The position numbers were made by a program, and so were the translations under genes. This document shows positions 60,442-64,000 of a stretch of 64,000 nt of DNA, piece by piece (the first letter of the stretch is position 1; each line of letters starts with the position of its first letter). Source of the stretch: an uncultured delta proteobacterium (GTDB lineage Bacteria > Desulfobacterota > Binatia > UBA9968); the NCBI GenBank assembly GCA_963771465.1, contig CAVYTU010000009.1, forward strand, positions 224,001 through 288,000. The letters are read 5' to 3'. Below the pieces are notes generated by a model. That model was not told the DNA's origin. It saw nothing but the letters and a program-made list of their open reading frames with translations, and did not search any database.

Positions 60442-61421
60442 CAAGAATCCACGTTCACTACTGTTACGAATTTCTTCTCTGCAACTGCGAATCGACGCTT
60501 TTCTTTGTCAATCGCAATGGGAGGCGCGTGAATTTCATTCCAGATGACGCTACTGGTTTGATTTCCAGAATTGATCTCCTCCCATCGCTTTAGAACCTCG
60601 CCTGTCTTGAGTGAAAATAACTTGGGAAAACCATAGAATCCAATCGCAAGCTCTTCATCAAGGGGCATTAACATGCCGACTGGTTCTTGTGCTTGGACGC
60701 ATGATTCTATGGTTCTGGTGGACAAGTTCACGACAGCCAGGGATCTTGGACCGACATTCCCCTCATCTGGATCATCATCCAAAGTTTCATTGGAGGTAGT
60801 AATAAGCATCCGATCGCGGGAGATTAGTTCTGCAGAAACTACTTCGTACTCAAAGCTTGGTAGCGGCAACGATTTATCAAGGGCAGCGCCGTCTCGGAGC
60901 GAGGCGTTGATGTCATACACGGCAACATCGTTCCAGGGGTGCCATATCCAACCGGCGCTGAGGAGCCAATTGCCATTACGGCAAGTCCGTAAGCGCGAAT
61001 GAAAAAAATCACTTGGCTGTCGCATGTCCGATTTAGCAAGCGTCTCCCCGGTTCGAATATCCTCTATTTCGAGGCGACAATACTGCTCTGGGCAGTGCAC
61101 TAGAGCGGTTTGTCCATCCTGAGTTTCAAAAATTGCGATTGGGTATTCATAAACATTCGCGTGATAGAAACTCCGATTGATCTCTCGAACTACGTGGCCC
61201 TTGTTCAAGACCAAGCCTTTTGTTCCCAGTTTTTCATAGATAACAGCGAATTCGCCACAAGGAGACATCACAGCAGCATCGAATCGATAACCATAGATGA
61301 CATTGGGGTCCCCGACCGTTCCGTCCAAACGCAGGATTTGGCCACCACTGGCCCAATCGATCAGCTGATCATCTAGCCAGCAGAGTGAACGAATATTATG
61401 AGGTGCTTCTATACGCTGCAT
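60441..61421 (-). CDS. Hypothetical beta-rich (propeller-like) protein (cassette)
   Basis: 326-aa ORF between attC sites; AT-richer than the host background. Confidence 0.75.
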   Translation of the reverse strand: MQRIEAPHNIRSLCWLDDQLIDWASGGQILRLDGTVGDPNVIYGYRFDAAVMSPCGEFAVIYEKLGTKGLVLNKGHVVREINRSFYHANVYEYPIAIFETQDGQTALVHCPEQYCRLEIEDIRTGETLAKSDMRQPSDFFHSRLRTCRNGNWLLSAGWIWHPWNDVAVYDINASLRDGAALDKSLPLPSFEYEVVSAELISRDRMLITTSNETLDDDPDEGNVGPRSLAVVNLSTRTIESCVQAQEPVGMLMPLDEELAIGFYGFPKLFSLKTGEVLKRWEEINSGNQTSSVIWNEIHAPPIAIDKEKRRFAVAEKKFVTVVNVDS

Positions 61422-61454
61422 ATCGTCAGTTCACTGGTACAGTGAGGTCCTGCT

Positions 61455-61535
61455 GTCTAACGTCCGCGATGACGCGCGCGAGCGTGTGCGCGAAGCGCCG
61501 CTCGCGAAGGATCGCTGTCGACCGCGTGATTATGC
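61455..61535 (-). repeat. attC site (R'' mutated to AAT)
   Basis: Minus strand: GCATAAT cacgcggtcgac...cgcgagcg...cgctcgcg...gtcatcgcggac GTTAGAC. Confidence 0.75.
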
Positions 61536-61628
61536 GGCATCAATTCTCACAAGTTGTGCGCGCAAGCCGGGGTTTGCCTCGGGTGCGATCTGGCCGACGA
61601 GTAACGTCCAGTATGGCGGAATCGGAAC

Positions 61629-62003
61629 TTAGACGCTCTGGACCAACGCCATGATGTTTCCTTCCGTGTCCTTGAACCACGCAGCCTTGGCGCCGCCAGC
61701 GGTCGAGATACCGTTCTCGTCCATCTCTGGCATCTTGTACATCTCCAACTTCACGCCGCGCGTCTTTAGCTCCCTGACCTCCCGTTCGATGTCCTCGACC
61801 TGCCAGAACGCCTGGCTCGCATGGGAGGTGCCTGCGTTCGGTGTAGGATAAAGAAAGCAAGCGGTGCCCTTGCCGAACTCGTAAACTACGCCGCCCGCCA
61901 ACTCCTGCTTGGGTTTGAAGCCCAGCTTCTCCTCGTAGAATCTACGCGCGCGAGCCACGTCCTTCGCGGGTATATATGAATACATCGGGGCGTTTTGCAG
62001 CAT
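61629..62003 (-). CDS. VOC/glyoxalase family protein (cassette)
   Basis: ARRFYEEKLG and AAWFKDTEGN motifs; RBS GAGGAGG. Confidence 0.92.
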   Translation of the reverse strand: MLQNAPMYSYIPAKDVARARRFYEEKLGFKPKQELAGGVVYEFGKGTACFLYPTPNAGTSHASQAFWQVEDIEREVRELKTRGVKLEMYKMPEMDENGISTAGGAKAAWFKDTEGNIMALVQSV

Positions 62004-62056
62004 GACGTCCTCCTCAAGTGGTTCTGCAGATGTGTGCTACCGGCATTCTTAATGAC

Positions 62057-62125
62057 GCATAACGTCAGCGCGTAGCCGCGGCGGCGCGATGACCGGCCGC
62101 TGTCGCCTCCAGCGCAAGGTCAGAC
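62057..62125 (-). repeat. attC site (R'' mutated to GAC)
   Basis: Minus strand: GTCTGAC cttgcgctggaggcgacagcggc...gccgccgcggctacgcgctgac GTTATGC. Confidence 0.75.
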
Positions 62126-62187
62126 GGCGTGAGCAAGGTTTCACGCGGTCACCGGGGTCAACGGCCTTGTGGTATTGACACCGCCGT

Positions 62188-63057
62188 CTAAGCTGAAGCG
62201 GCCTGATGCGCCCGGAGGAAGGAACGTATCTGGCGCACCGCCAGGGGAATCCGCTCCTTCGGCTCCTTCCAGGGGAACATACTCACTTCTGCCTTCGGTG
62301 CGAGCATCGCCGCCTCCATGGCGACGGCGTACGGATGCGGCGTGGTATCATCCGGCAGGATCAGTAGGGGCGTCTGGCACTTGCGCACGAAATCGCGCGT
62401 CACAGTCCAAACGAAGTCGGGGTTGGTGCGGTACATCTTGGTCAGAAATTTGTCGACCATCTCCATCGTGATGTCGGGCCGGCGCTTGACCAGATCGGGA
62501 CCCCAGCCCTTCATGTTGCCGTCGTACGAGTGATTGGGCAGCTCCGGCCGGAATCCGCTCGGCTGAGCCAGCACGGCTGCGACAATACGATCAGGTGCCC
62601 GCTTCAGCAGGTTCCAAATCAATGGGCCACCGATGCAGAAGCCCATCACCATGAACTTGTCGATTCTTAAGTGATCCATCACACCAATATGGTCATCGGT
62701 ATAGGCATCCCACGGCCGGTCGATCTCGAGCGGGCCGGTAGACTGGCCGCCATTGGCGTTGCGCATATCCGAGAAGATGCAGCGGTATTCTCCCTTGAAC
62801 TCCTCGATCGCATTAAAAGGCCCGCCGCGTTTCAAGCCGGCGATCGTTGAGTTCAATCCGCCACCGGGGACAAGCAACAACGGGAAGCCGGAACCAGCCT
62901 CCTCATATTGGATGCGAACGGGGCCTTTTTCGTAAAACGACATGGCAATTCCTCCTTGTCCAGTTTGCTGAGCAATCACGCGCGGCGCTGCGGCCATCAC
63001 CGTTGCCGCGGCGCCCGTTTTCAGTATTTTGCGTCTGATCGGATCCATCGTCGGCAT
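62188..63057 (-). CDS. Alpha/beta hydrolase with a Cys nucleophile motif and Tat-like leader (cassette)
   Basis: RRKILKTGAAA leader; GFCIGG; PGGGLNS. Confidence 0.85.
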   Translation of the reverse strand: MPTMDPIRRKILKTGAAATVMAAAPRVIAQQTGQGGIAMSFYEKGPVRIQYEEAGSGFPLLLVPGGGLNSTIAGLKRGGPFNAIEEFKGEYRCIFSDMRNANGGQSTGPLEIDRPWDAYTDDHIGVMDHLRIDKFMVMGFCIGGPLIWNLLKRAPDRIVAAVLAQPSGFRPELPNHSYDGNMKGWGPDLVKRRPDITMEMVDKFLTKMYRTNPDFVWTVTRDFVRKCQTPLLILPDDTTPHPYAVAMEAAMLAPKAEVSMFPWKEPKERIPLAVRQIRSFLRAHQAASA

Positions 63058-63073
63058 CCTCCTGACTTTCGAC

Positions 63074-63155
63074 GCCTAACTCAATGCGCTGAGCGGTCGT
63101 AAAAAAAGAATTCTGCCTGAGCAGTCTGACCATTAGCTCCACCGAAGGGTCAGGT
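63074..63155 (-). repeat. attC site (R'' mutated to GAC)
   Basis: Minus strand: ACCTGAC ccttcggtggagctaatggtc...gaccgctcagcgcattga GTTAGGC. Confidence 0.6.
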
Positions 63156-63446
63156 GTCACTTCGAGAACTGCCACCGGAAACTTCGACGCCTAGGCCGCA
63201 GTGGCCAGTGATCAAGCAGTTTCAACTCCTCGTTATCAGCAACAATATAATCGCAGTAGTCATGCTGTTGCCAAGTCGCCGAATGATTGCCGCATCTTGA
63301 CCAGCATAGCGCACGGCCCCCACGCAGCATCTTTCAGCCGCCCGACATGTCTCAACTCTTCGCTTGTGACAGGCTGCCGAACAAAATACCTTTCGTCGTT
63401 GTCACCCGCAAGCGGCGCAAATAATTCAGGCGCTTCATGCTCCGTG

Positions 63447-63761
63447 TTACTTGCCGTTTAGCCCATCGCGCCAGGCAATCGTTTCAAGTTCGACCCGGAC
63501 AGCGTCCTCGACGGGAATCACGGGTCGCGCCTCGAATACAAAAGCAGGCCAGGTCGAGCATACCTTGTGAACGGTCGTCGGATCATCGCAGTCCACCAAC
63601 ATATGCCCACCCCACTCGCCCACGCGCACCACGAACAACTCGATCTTGAAATTAGCGGGTGCCTTCCATTGAGTGAAAACCTCCAGGATCCGCTTCTGGG
63701 CATTCTCGTACTCCGTCGGCGATCCTTGCGGACGTTCGAACCAGCTGATCATGTACTTCAT
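63447..63761 (-). CDS. DUF3303-like protein (cassette)
   Basis: MKYMISW...F..W..P...GG...DCDDP...PVIPVEDA; RBS AAGGAGG. Confidence 0.75.
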   Translation of the reverse strand: MKYMISWFERPQGSPTEYENAQKRILEVFTQWKAPANFKIELFVVRVGEWGGHMLVDCDDPTTVHKVCSTWPAFVFEARPVIPVEDAVRVELETIAWRDGLNGK

Positions 63762-63805
63762 CGGCATCCTCCTTTATTGAGTTGATGTCATCGGAACGGC
63801 AGTCG

Positions 63806-63880
63806 TTTGAACGGGCAAAGCTGAGCGGTGCGTGCACGCGGTTTGCGCGTGTGGATGTCCGCGACAGCGCATTGTTAGGC
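63806..63880 (-). repeat. attC site (intact AAC/GTT)
   Basis: Minus strand: GCCTAAC aatgcgctgtcgcggac...gcaccgctcagctttgccc GTTCAAA. Confidence 0.8.
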
Positions 63881-63932
63881 GCTCATCTTTGGATAAATCT
63901 TTAACAAAGACTGCGGCCAATCTTCCTCCACG

Positions 63933-64000
63933 CTAATCTGGAATCTCGGCCTCGACAAGTTTCGCTAGAAGAGTGAGCGATTCCTGCCAGCCAAGATAGC
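63933..64000 (-). CDS. SRPBCC (AHSA1-like) family protein, 3' end
   Basis: Manual translation gives YLGWQESLTLLAKLVEAEIPD*. Confidence 0.75.
   Translation of the reverse strand, partial: YLGWQESLTLLAKLVEAEIPD

Larger units (their letters stand above)
53343..63880 (-). mobile_element. Integron gene-cassette array (integrase not in window)
   Basis: About 13 attC-like imperfect palindromes of 60-125 bp separate short, unrelated, co-oriented genes. Confidence 0.85.

Noticed and set aside
63376-63452. AAGTAAC...GTTCGGC as an attC after DUF3303
   Set aside because: Poor internal complementarity

Overview
A GC-rich bacterial window. The abundant amidohydrolase, LLM oxidoreductase and NMT1/THI5-type substrate-binding protein paralogs resemble Candidatus Binatia, which is an inference. 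The left ~27 kb holds metabolic and envelope genes: a xanthine dehydrogenase-family Mo subunit, DUF1326-DUF2182-sulfite oxidase, MscS, LLM/MOSC/cupin/amidohydrolase, two TPR proteins, a YeeE/YedE pair, two M23 peptidases and CarD. From 27.9 kb to the end all genes but one lie on the minus strand. These include dnaE2 with an in-frame palindromic repeat insertion and no adjacent imuAB, many short accessory genes, three membrane-anchored TIR proteins with different C-terminal domains, and a trypsin-like protease/non-specific endonuclease fusion. From ~53.3 kb onward lies an integron-type gene cassette array with about 13 diverse attC-like sites, many mutated at the normally invariant AAC/GTT core. 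No integrase is visible; it would be expected beyond the right edge. Several REP-like palindrome families occur, and many 1-bp frameshifts may be assembly errors. No rRNA, tRNA or CRISPR array was recognised. Family names come from motif recognition, not database searches.
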